A DNA stretch of 30,454 bases from a bacterium (GTDB lineage: Bacteria > RBG-13-66-14), in NCBI GenBank assembly GCA_026398675.1, contig JAPLSK010000173.1:1-30454 (forward strand), given 5' to 3'. Shown here piece by piece: positions 8,326 through 16,677 of the stretch (position 1 is the stretch's first letter; every line of letters begins with the position of its first letter). The notes beneath the pieces were generated by a model. It was not told the origin of the DNA, searched no databases, and saw only the letters and a program-made list of their open reading frames with translations. Both the position numbers and the translations under genes were made by a program.

Positions 8326-8354
8326 AGGCTCCTCCGCGGGGAGGAGCCTTGTGT
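8326..8354 (+). terminator. Intrinsic terminator after ssrA, possibly bidirectional
   Basis: aggctcctcc-gcgg-ggaggagcct, followed by a T-rich run and preceded by an A-rich run. Confidence 0.75.
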
Positions 8355-8418
8355 TTACCTGTGAGCGCCGACGGTTTTAGCCCGACCCGCTCGCTCCATT
8401 GTTTAATTCGTTGTTTCT

Positions 8419-9195
8419 TTAAGAGGGAGAAGGAAGGGGATCAAGAATTTCCTTGATTAAAGATGCATACCATATCGTATTTAAATTAAGTACATTGTTT
8501 ATTCCGCCAGACAGAACGCCAAGGAAGAATACCCCCGGTGAAGGCAATTTAGCCATACGTTCTTCTGTGTTAAGGTAATCAGATATTCGATGTGTAAAAA
8601 CAGGAGAACCACTCATACCAGGTTCAGCGGCTGCATCAACCAAGAAATTAGGTTTTCCATTGTGATATATACCGTAAGGTGATGCTACACAACCACTCTT
8701 TACAATAGGTAAGTTATGGACTTGGTCATAATAACCCTTTGGATATCCAACAATTGAAACATGACTAATCCATGAGGGGTGAATGAATTCTGGTAGCTGC
8801 ATGTCAGGACTGGTCATCATGCCGGTTGTTTCTGTTAACATTGGGTGATCTTGATTGATTAATACACATACAACGTCAGCATCACTACCATATTCAGGAT
8901 GCTCTATCCATTGTGGCGTATTATTTTCATCATATAATGGGATAGTGTAAAATTGATTCTGTGTTAAATCATTACCGTCCAAGTCTGTATGTAACCTTAC
9001 TACGAGTTCAGAAGGATATTGTTCAGTCTTTTCATTGATTACTACATGGCGGTTAGTAACCAATACAAGGTACTTATAGGCGTAAAAGAATCCCGTTGCC
9101 AAACCAATCACTGTATTTCCCACTTTCGAGAGAATGGGAGTGGTTATACGTATGTTGTCCTCGGCGCGATGTAGTTTACGTTCTTCGAGAGTCAT
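8419..9195 (-). CDS. Trypsin-like (PA clan) serine protease, AT-rich, no signal peptide
   Basis: ATGFF, VTNRHVV (His), DADVVCV (Asp), IVGYP and GMSGSPV (Ser) motifs. RBS aaaggag. Much more AT-rich than the flanks. Confidence 0.8.
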   Translation of the reverse strand: MTLEERKLHRAEDNIRITTPILSKVGNTVIGLATGFFYAYKYLVLVTNRHVVINEKTEQYPSELVVRLHTDLDGNDLTQNQFYTIPLYDENNTPQWIEHPEYGSDADVVCVLINQDHPMLTETTGMMTSPDMQLPEFIHPSWISHVSIVGYPKGYYDQVHNLPIVKSGCVASPYGIYHNGKPNFLVDAAAEPGMSGSPVFTHRISDYLNTEERMAKLPSPGVFFLGVLSGGINNVLNLNTIWYASLIKEILDPLPSPS

Positions 9196-9373
9196 GGCTG
9201 GCTCCTTTCTATTTAACTCTAATGGTTACAGTATACACAAATTTAGTTCAGTTTGGGGAGCATTGCAGCACTCCCCTCTGGACACCGTACCCGGCGTCAA
9301 CCTTCGACGGCCCCTCCCCGTTGAATCGGCATCCTCCTCACCGTGTTCCCGACCTGAAGGGAATGCTCCCGTT

Positions 9374-9400
9374 AAAAAAAAGCCCTTCCGGTGGAAAGGC
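9374..9400 (-). terminator. Intrinsic terminator of the TraF-like gene
   Basis: On the minus strand gcctttcc-acc-ggaagggc is followed by T8. Confidence 0.7.
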
Positions 9401-9425
9401 GCGGGGGAGAACCGCCGTCGCCGGG

Positions 9426-10871
9426 TCAAAGGGTGAAGCCCAGGGAGAGAGAGCCGCCCAGGCTGGCGTCCACGTCTCTGGGCCGGATGAGGTTGCTCAT
9501 CAGCGCCAGGCTCATGTGGAACACGTCGCCGATGTTGAACCCCATCCCGGCGGAGAGGGTGAACTTGGCGGGGGACGCTTCCTCGAAGAGGGCGTTGTAG
9601 TTCGTGCTCATCCCGGCGCGCACGGTGACGATACCCGCGAGTTCGTACTCGGCTCCGATGGCGAGGTTCCGCTCGTGGTAAGGGACCACGTCCTCCTCGA
9701 CCCCGGTCAGCGGGTTGTACACGCAGGACAGATTCGCCACGGGTAAAAGGTCCAGGTCCATCGCCACGAGAAGGCCGTCTATTGGTTCGTAGGCCGCTCC
9801 GATGCGAAGCTCCGGGTTTATCCGGGTGGGCTCGAAGCGGGGATCGTCCCAGGCGAGCTGGGTGGGGATGAGATTGCGCGCCAGGAGCCCGTATTGGAAA
9901 CGCTCGCCCCATTTCCCCTGGACGCCCAAATCAATGCTGAATCCGCTCCCCGTGGCGATGGTGCGCAGGGTGAAAATGTTGTTGAGAATCCAGTTCGAGC
10001 CGACGTCGAAGATGCCCGGGTCGAAGTTGGTGATGTCGGCGTCTGAAAGAATGCCGACGGAATCCCCGTCGCGCTCCCCGTGGATGAACTTGAGGGTCAC
10101 GCCCACGGCGATGTAGTCGTCCCGGGTCAGCTCGAAGGAGTAGCCGTAGCTGAGACCGATGGTGTTCGTCACCAGACCTGAGAGGGTGATGCGGGAGCGG
10201 TTTTCCTCCAGACCGATGTCGTTTCCGGGAGTGTCGCCGATGAACGAATCCCGGTCCGGGTCGTTGGGATCGTAGCCGGGCCAGAGCAGGTCGAACTCCT
10301 CCTCGGTCAGCAGGCCCTCATTGTAGAGGGCGAGGACGTCCGAGGGGGATTGCAGGTATTCGCTGGGAATGAGCCGGGACAGGTGGGTGTCCACCCAGGG
10401 TCCGACCTCGATGTGGTTTTCGTACAGCCAGGAGACGACCGCCGGGCCGACCTGGGTTGCCACGCCGGAGTGCAGATCCCAGGCGATGCCCACCCCGGGC
10501 TCGTTAAAGGCGGCGAGGGAGTCCACGATGTCGTTTACATAACGGTGAGCCTCCTCGGGGTTTTTGTCTATGTAGTCCATGAGGCCCTTGTAAGTCTCCG
10601 GGAAATTGTCTCTGAGATTGTAATACTGGTTCAGATCGTTGACGTACTGGGTGAGGTTGTCCTCGCCTGAGAAACCGAAGATGCTGTCGGTGGTCGAGAG
10701 GTTGACCTGGTTTCCGAAGGCCGCCGGATTCCAGAAGGCGGCGGTGGCGTCGTCAACCAGCGCCACCTGGGCGCCGCCCATCCCCAGAGCCCGGGTGCCG
10801 AAGATGTTCATCCCGACGGCCGGAATCGTGAGGATAATCATGCCGAGAATGATTCGTTTTGAATAAATCAC
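9426..10871 (-). CDS. TraF/PorV/FadL-like outer-membrane beta-barrel protein
   Basis: Signal peptide, then RALGMGGA..A..DDATAAFWNPA. Amphipathic beta strands in the C-terminal half (IDLGVQG, YGLLARNL, LRIGAAY, TVRAGM) and a terminal LGFTL. Confidence 0.7.
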   Translation of the reverse strand: MIYSKRIILGMIILTIPAVGMNIFGTRALGMGGAQVALVDDATAAFWNPAAFGNQVNLSTTDSIFGFSGEDNLTQYVNDLNQYYNLRDNFPETYKGLMDYIDKNPEEAHRYVNDIVDSLAAFNEPGVGIAWDLHSGVATQVGPAVVSWLYENHIEVGPWVDTHLSRLIPSEYLQSPSDVLALYNEGLLTEEEFDLLWPGYDPNDPDRDSFIGDTPGNDIGLEENRSRITLSGLVTNTIGLSYGYSFELTRDDYIAVGVTLKFIHGERDGDSVGILSDADITNFDPGIFDVGSNWILNNIFTLRTIATGSGFSIDLGVQGKWGERFQYGLLARNLIPTQLAWDDPRFEPTRINPELRIGAAYEPIDGLLVAMDLDLLPVANLSCVYNPLTGVEEDVVPYHERNLAIGAEYELAGIVTVRAGMSTNYNALFEEASPAKFTLSAGMGFNIGDVFHMSLALMSNLIRPRDVDASLGGSLSLGFTL

Positions 10872-11062
10872 GCGCTAACCCAATGTTTCTCGCCTCCATT
10901 TTAGGGCTTAAATTCCAAGATTACAAATGTTTTACTTCGCACCGCCGACGCCACCTCCCCCGGGAGTGGTTCAATGCGATAACCCCCCATGTTTTACGGC
11001 ATGAAGAAAGGTCGTAGGCGGGCGGCCTTTTTTCCTCCGGGGCGCTCGGGCGGCGCGAATTT

Positions 11063-12412
11063 TCAGTCCTTCTTTTTCCCCAGACACTCGAAGGTCGCGA
11101 CTCGCCGTCTGAGCGTCGAAAGCGATATCCCCAGCGCCGTCGCCGCGTGGGTTTTGTTGTCCCGGTAAAATTTCAAGGCCCGCTCGATGTAGTCCTTCTC
11201 GACATCGGCCAGGGGTCGCACTTCGGATGTTCCCGGTCCGGCGTTTTTCCCGGAGCCGCACTCTATCAGCGACGCGGGATCGAGCTCCCCGCCGTCGGCG
11301 AGAATCACGGATCGCTCCAGGATGTTGCGCAGCTCACGCACGTTGCCGGGCCAGCGGTAACTCATCAGCACGGCGAGCTGCTCCTCGGGAAGCGCCCCGT
11401 AGACCCCCTGGGTCATGTTTTCCAGAAGGTTCCGGCACAGAAGGGGGATATCCTCCCGGCACTCCCTCAGCGGGGGGACGTTAATCGTGATGACGGCCAG
11501 TCTGTAGTAGAGGTCCTCGCGGAAGCGGCCGTTCTTTATGTCCAGGACGATGGGCCGGTTCGTGGTGGCGAGGACCCGGACGTTCAGTGGTATCTCCACG
11601 TCGCCCCCCAGGCGGCGAATCCGGCCCTCCTCCAGGACGATCAACAGTTTGCTCTGGAGCGGGAGGGGCATTTCCGCTATCTCGTCCAATAAAAGGGTGC
11701 CGTCCTTGACCAGCTCGAAGACGCCCTTCCGCCGTGCTTCGGCGCCGGTAAAGGCCCCCTTCTCGTAGCCGAAGAGCTCTGATTCGATGAGGTTCTCGGG
11801 GATTGAGGCGCAGTTCACGCTGAGGAGGTCTTCCTTCCGCCCGCTCAGGCGGTGGATGGCCCTCGCCGCGACCCCCTTGCCCACCCCGGTTTCCCCGGTG
11901 ATGAGAATTGTGGAATCGGTCTGGGCGGCCAGCTCGATGAGCCGCTTTGTCTCCTGAATCGCCGTTGAATCGCCGACGAGCTCGTCGGTCTGTCGCGCCC
12001 TCTCGAGTTGGAATTCCGTAATGCGATTGCGCCGTTCGAGCTCAGCCAGACGGGCTGCCTTGGCCACCGTGAAGTAGAACTCGTCGAGCTCGAGAGGTTT
12101 GGTGAGGTAGTGGAAGGCTCCGTTCTTGACCGCCTCGACCGCCTCGGTGAGCGACCCGTAAGCGGTTGCGAAGATAACCTTGACCCCGGGGTCCGCCTCC
12201 CGAATCTGCCGTTCAATCTCCGATCCCCGGATGTCGGGGAGCTTCTGGTCCAACAGGACGATGTTGGGGTTCCAGGTTTTGAAAAATTCGAGTCCTTCCC
12301 TGCCCGTGGTGGCGTACCGGACGTCGTAACCTTCGAGGCTAAGTCCGTCGCAGGTGCTCTCGCAAAAGGCAGAGTCGTCGTCAACGATGAGCACGCGAGT
12401 CTTAGTTTCCAT
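11063..12412 (-). CDS. Sigma54-dependent response regulator (NtrC/AtoC family: REC-AAA+-Fis HTH)
   Basis: VLIVDDD, LLDQKLP, GETGVGKG, ESELFGYEKGAFTGA, FREDLYYRL, WPGNVRELRN and a C-terminal HTH. Start chosen at ATG 12412 from RBS spacing. Confidence 0.92.
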   Translation of the reverse strand: METKTRVLIVDDDSAFCESTCDGLSLEGYDVRYATTGREGLEFFKTWNPNIVLLDQKLPDIRGSEIERQIREADPGVKVIFATAYGSLTEAVEAVKNGAFHYLTKPLELDEFYFTVAKAARLAELERRNRITEFQLERARQTDELVGDSTAIQETKRLIELAAQTDSTILITGETGVGKGVAARAIHRLSGRKEDLLSVNCASIPENLIESELFGYEKGAFTGAEARRKGVFELVKDGTLLLDEIAEMPLPLQSKLLIVLEEGRIRRLGGDVEIPLNVRVLATTNRPIVLDIKNGRFREDLYYRLAVITINVPPLRECREDIPLLCRNLLENMTQGVYGALPEEQLAVLMSYRWPGNVRELRNILERSVILADGGELDPASLIECGSGKNAGPGTSEVRPLADVEKDYIERALKFYRDNKTHAATALGISLSTLRRRVATFECLGKKKD

Positions 12413-12558
12413 TTTCATTACCTCGCCTGAGGGGGATTGATTAGCCTTAATATGTTGGATTGCATTTAAGTGTTCATTATCGCGGTTCTTTGCGCCGGTA
12501 GATTTTGTCAAACCCGATGGTCGCCTCCCGTAAGTCGGCCGTTCCGCACGGCCCGTGG

Positions 12559-12951
12559 CTACGAGGCTCTCACGCTCCTTGAATTCTTCAGGGCGTTCTC
12601 GATGGTGCTTTTCAGGCCGAAGAGCTCGAAGGGTTTTACCAAGTACCCGTCGCATTCAACGGTCTCGGTGCTTTCGGGCAGGGCGCTGAGCATCACCACC
12701 GGCGTGTCGTAGAGCGAGTGGATGATCTTGGTGGCCTCGAGACCGTTCATTTTCCCCCTAAGCGTGAAATCCATCAGGATTACGTCGGGACGGGTTTTTC
12801 CGCACTGCTCCACCGCTTCCTCGGCGGTGGAGAAGACGCCGATTACATCGTAGCCGAGCCGGGAGAGGCGCAGGCTCAGGTCCATGGCGACGATAATTTC
12901 GTCTTCCACGATGATGATTTTTTCGGGCATGGGCCGATTTACCGGTGGCAT
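12559..12951 (-). CDS. Single-domain response regulator (receiver)
   Basis: IIIVEDE, PDVILMD, VVMLSA and YLVKPF motifs. RBS aaggag upstream of 12951; alternative start at 12930. Confidence 0.85.
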   Translation of the reverse strand: MPPVNRPMPEKIIIVEDEIIVAMDLSLRLSRLGYDVIGVFSTAEEAVEQCGKTRPDVILMDFTLRGKMNGLEATKIIHSLYDTPVVMLSALPESTETVECDGYLVKPFELFGLKSTIENALKNSRSVRAS

Positions 12952-13267
12952 AAGTTTGTTTCTCCTTGGTGGGGGGACGACGGGTGCACCCCGATCAGCT
13001 CCCCGCTATTAAGGCTTTTATTTGAAACGTTTGAGTATCTGCGGCATGGATGCCGTACTGTACGAGTGAGCAATCTCCGTGCCTCTTACGGATGAGCGCA
13101 TTTAAAACCCACCCCCGCGTCGTCCGGGTTGGCGGCGGGGGTGGTTGGCGGACTTTAATTTAAATATAGATCGTCGTACGGGTGCGGGTTGCGCGAAATG
13201 TCTCCGGGGTGGAGACAGCCAAGATGGTCGTTTCAGAATGACGGGGTGGTTTATTCCGCGACGGCAC

Positions 13268-13297
13268 AAAAAAAGCCCCTGCGGGCCGGTTAAGGGC
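13268..13297 (-). terminator. Possible weak terminator after the cyclase gene
   Basis: A short gccct/agggc stem followed by T7 on the minus strand. Confidence 0.35.
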
Positions 13298-13310
13298 GCG
13301 CCGTCGTCGC

Positions 13311-16300
13311 TTACACGGCGTACCCCCGCTTCCCCATGATTTCGCGGAAGGTTTCCCTCAACTCCTCGTCGCCGATGTTTTCCACTATCTCGTTGTATGT
13401 GACCCGGGCGGATTCCCAGAGACGGGCGGCCTTATCCGCTTCGCCGATCCGCTCGTGGAGCGTCGCCAGGTGCACCGCCTCCTCCACCAGGCTGGTTTTG
13501 TCCGTTTCCTTCTCGAAACCGGCCTCGGCCGTGGGCAGGAAAGCCCGGATACGTTCCCGTTCCTCCAGGGTGAATTCCCTCCGACGCGCCGTCAACCCCA
13601 GGGCGGTCAGGCGGTAAACGGCTATCTCCTTCTCGTCCATGAAATCGCCCACCTCGGCGAAAAGCGCCTCGGACTCCTCCTCGCGCCCGACCTCGGCGTA
13701 GAAGACGGCGAGGGAGAGCTTGACGACCAGGGTCATCCGGTGAGCCCCCACCTCACCGTAGATTTCAATCGCCCGGCGGAAGTGCTTCTCGGCCTTTTCG
13801 TAATCCCCCCGCAGGCGAAACAGGGAACCGAGGCCGTAGTTGGCGTAACCGTCGCCCAGGCGGTTGTCTATGATTGCGTTCATCTCTAGATAGCGGGTGT
13901 TGAGTTCCTCGGCGCGGTCAAAGCGGCCCAGGGTGGTGTAGATCGAGGCCAGGTTGTTGCAGTTGATGGCAAGCCCCAGCCTGTCGCCGCAGCGCTCGGC
14001 GATGTCGTAGGAGCGCTGCAGCAGCTCGATGGCCGTCCCGTAATTGCCCTTCTCCATCTCCACGGTGCCGATGTTGTTCAGCACGCTCTGCATGCCGAGA
14101 AGATAGCCGTGCTTCTCGTAAAGCTCCAGGGTGCGGCTCTGGTACACGCGCCCCTCGTCGAGCAGTTTCAGTTCGTTGAGGATGCTGGCGTGGATATTCG
14201 AGATGCGGGCGCGGACCTTGTCCGAGGCGAAATCATCCTCCCGGACCTGGGAGATGACCTCTTCGGCCCGGGAAATGTAGTTCAGGGCCTCCGGGAAATC
14301 TCCGCGGAGATAGTGGACCCAGGCGATGCCGTACAGGGTCTTGCCGTGGAGCAGGGAGGGCGGTTCGTCCTTTAAAAGCGTCAGGGCGTCGTCGTAGTAC
14401 TCCAGGGAACGGGGGTATTCGCTCAGCCGCTCGTGGGCCGATCCCATCCACTCCATAATCTCCGCGCGCTCCACGACGGTTTGACAGTACCCCAGCGCGG
14501 CCGTAAAGAGGTCTATGGATTCGTGCGGCTTTCCCGTCTCCAGACAGACGTTGCCCCACCCCAGGTAGACCCGGCGGGTGAGATCCCCGTCTTGCGAGTT
14601 CTCGACCGCCTTGGCGTAAAAACGCTTCGCGTCCTCGTTCGCGTAGAGCGACGCGGCGTGTTTTCCGGCCTCGAAGTAGTACGGGGCGGCCTTTTCCGGC
14701 GCGCCGCCGTTTTCGAAGTGGTTGGCCACCAGCGACTGGTAGGCCTGGATCCGGTCGGAGTAGTTGTTCTCGATCCACTTCGCCGTCTTGAGGTGAAGCT
14801 CGCGCTTCTCCCGATGGAGGAGGCTCTTGTAGACCGTCTCGTGCAGAAGGACGTGCTTGAAGATGTACTCCAGGTCGTCCTCGAAGATGGATTCGAGCCG
14901 CCGGTGGATGAGATCCCGCTTCTCCAGGTCCGCCAGGTGGTCGCCCACCGCGTAGTTCATCAGCTCGGTCACGATCCGCCGCCAGAACACCTCACCGACG
15001 ACGGAGGCGCGCTGGATGACCTTCTTCTCCTGGTCGGGGAGGTTGTCTATCCGGGAGCGGAGCACCCCCTCCACGGTGTCGGGAATGTCGAAGCCGCCCT
15101 CTCCATCGTTCGTGAACCAGTGTCCGTCCCGGTATTCGAGGTCCCCCTTTTCGATGAGGTTCTTGATTATCTCCTCGACGAAGAAGGGATTGCCGGCGGC
15201 GAGCTCGACGATGGACCGCCGCTTGGCTTCGTCCAAATCCTCGACGGTCAACAGCTCGGACAAGAGCCGGCGCGTGTCGTCGGGGGAAAGGTCCTCGAGA
15301 TTGATTCTCGTGTGGTGTTCCGACTTCTGGAGATCCTCCAGGAGGGTCCGCGCGTCTGTGTGGTCCCCGGGGGGGCGGGAGTTGATGATCAACAGGCAGC
15401 GGGAGTTGGCCAGGGACCGGGCCAGATGGCCGATGAGCGTCAGGGAGGAGTTGTCGGACCACTGGACGTCCTCCATCAGCATCACGATGTTTTCCTCTTT
15501 GGCCAGTGCTCCCAGCAGTTCCTCAACCACCAGGAGCACCTGGTTGTGAATCTGCCGGGTGTCCTGGTCGTCGGGTGAGTCCCCGTCCTGGCTGAGGGAG
15601 AGGATTTTCCACAGGGTACTCACGGCGTCCACGTCGCCGATCATCCGGCGACCTAGAATCCTGGACACCGACGAGGCGAGTTGGTCGGCCATCTCCTTTT
15701 GGGGCATGTCGTCCTTGATCCCGATGGCCTTCTTGATCATCTCGGCGATGGGGTAGTACGGGGGTGCTCCCGCGTAGCCCAGGCAGCGACCGTGCAGAAC
15801 CCTGGACTTCGAGTCCGCCTGCTGGAGGGCGAGAAAAAGTTCCTCAACCAGGCGGGTTTTCCCTATCCCGGCCTCCCCGACGATGGTCACGACCCGCAGC
15901 CCCTTCCCCTCCGCCACGTCCCGGTAGATGCTCCGGAGTAGGTCGAGCTCCTTCTTCCGCCCGATCAGGGGCGACGAAAGCCCGGGCACGCCGCGGATTT
16001 TCCCCCGCACGATCTTTTCCCCGACGACCTTGTGGCGCTTGAGCTCCGTGCGAAGGCCCTTGGCCCGGATGCGGGACAGCTCCTGGAAGGTGAAGAACTC
16101 CTTCGTCTTGCGGAAGACCTCGTCCGAGACGACGACGGCCCCCACGAGGCCGGTCGTCTCCAGCCGGGAGGCCAGGTTGACGGCGTTGCCGAATACGTGG
16201 TGCGCGCGGCCCGGCGCCTGGGAGTGCCGGCTGACGATGACCTCGCCGAAGTGGACGCCCACGCGGACCTCGAGCTCCAGCCCTTCGTTGACGCCGTAGT

Positions 16301-16667
16301 TGCGGGCGCTGTCCACGATACGCAGCCCGGCCCGCACCGCCAGCTCGGCGTCGTTCTCGTGGGTCACCGGCACCCCGAACACCGCCATGACCGAGTCGCC
16401 GATGAACTTCTCCACCACCCCGTTCATGGCCACCACACCATCGGCCATCACCCGGAGGCACTCCTCGATTTTGTCCTTGGTCTCCTCGGGGTCGTGGCTG
16501 GCCACGAGCTCGGTGAAGTTGCAGATGTCGGCGAAGAGTATGGCGACGTCCTTTCGCTCCTCCTCCATCGTCACCACGGCGAGCGGCTCGCCGCAACCAC
16601 CGCAGAAACGTACGTTTGGTGCGTTTTTAAAACCGCAGAGACCGCAGGTGATAGGTTCGGTCGTCAT
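13311..16667 (-). CDS. Class III adenylate/guanylate cyclase fused to a double zinc ribbon, STAND (AAA_16-like) ATPase and TPRs
   Basis: CGLCGFKN..FCGGCG; ILFADICNFT, EKFIGDSVMAVFG, GNAVNLASRLE; Walker A GEAGIGKT, Walker B LMEDVQWSD, GNPFFVEE; helical TPR-like C-terminus. Confidence 0.9.
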   Translation of the reverse strand: MTTEPITCGLCGFKNAPNVRFCGGCGEPLAVVTMEEERKDVAILFADICNFTELVASHDPEETKDKIEECLRVMADGVVAMNGVVEKFIGDSVMAVFGVPVTHENDAELAVRAGLRIVDSARNYGVNEGLELEVRVGVHFGEVIVSRHSQAPGRAHHVFGNAVNLASRLETTGLVGAVVVSDEVFRKTKEFFTFQELSRIRAKGLRTELKRHKVVGEKIVRGKIRGVPGLSSPLIGRKKELDLLRSIYRDVAEGKGLRVVTIVGEAGIGKTRLVEELFLALQQADSKSRVLHGRCLGYAGAPPYYPIAEMIKKAIGIKDDMPQKEMADQLASSVSRILGRRMIGDVDAVSTLWKILSLSQDGDSPDDQDTRQIHNQVLLVVEELLGALAKEENIVMLMEDVQWSDNSSLTLIGHLARSLANSRCLLIINSRPPGDHTDARTLLEDLQKSEHHTRINLEDLSPDDTRRLLSELLTVEDLDEAKRRSIVELAAGNPFFVEEIIKNLIEKGDLEYRDGHWFTNDGEGGFDIPDTVEGVLRSRIDNLPDQEKKVIQRASVVGEVFWRRIVTELMNYAVGDHLADLEKRDLIHRRLESIFEDDLEYIFKHVLLHETVYKSLLHREKRELHLKTAKWIENNYSDRIQAYQSLVANHFENGGAPEKAAPYYFEAGKHAASLYANEDAKRFYAKAVENSQDGDLTRRVYLGWGNVCLETGKPHESIDLFTAALGYCQTVVERAEIMEWMGSAHERLSEYPRSLEYYDDALTLLKDEPPSLLHGKTLYGIAWVHYLRGDFPEALNYISRAEEVISQVREDDFASDKVRARISNIHASILNELKLLDEGRVYQSRTLELYEKHGYLLGMQSVLNNIGTVEMEKGNYGTAIELLQRSYDIAERCGDRLGLAINCNNLASIYTTLGRFDRAEELNTRYLEMNAIIDNRLGDGYANYGLGSLFRLRGDYEKAEKHFRRAIEIYGEVGAHRMTLVVKLSLAVFYAEVGREEESEALFAEVGDFMDEKEIAVYRLTALGLTARRREFTLEERERIRAFLPTAEAGFEKETDKTSLVEEAVHLATLHERIGEADKAARLWESARVTYNEIVENIGDEELRETFREIMGKRGYAV

Positions 16668-16677
16668 AAGAAAGATG

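Noticed and set aside
8241-8456. 71-aa ORF overlapping the ssrA 3' end
   Set aside because: It runs through the tmRNA T-arm and terminator and has no coding features.
9256-9370. SRP RNA, 6S RNA, 5S rRNA or cobalamin riboswitch identity for the IR-bounded element
   Set aside because: Only fragments match (tcaggtc.ggaa; gggaacacggtg). The SRP GGAAGCAGC, the B12-box continuation and the 5S/6S conserved blocks are absent.
10938-10952. Sigma54 promoter for the TraF-like gene (minus strand TGGC-gtcggcgg-TGC)
   Set aside because: It has GG-N10-GC spacing but lacks the ACG and TTGCW consensus bases, and such matches are frequent in GC-rich DNA.
8300-11060. attL/attR duplication of the ssrA 3' end, or an integrase defining a genomic island
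   Set aside because: No repeat of ccgcctccacca was seen downstream and no recombinase ORF is in the window.
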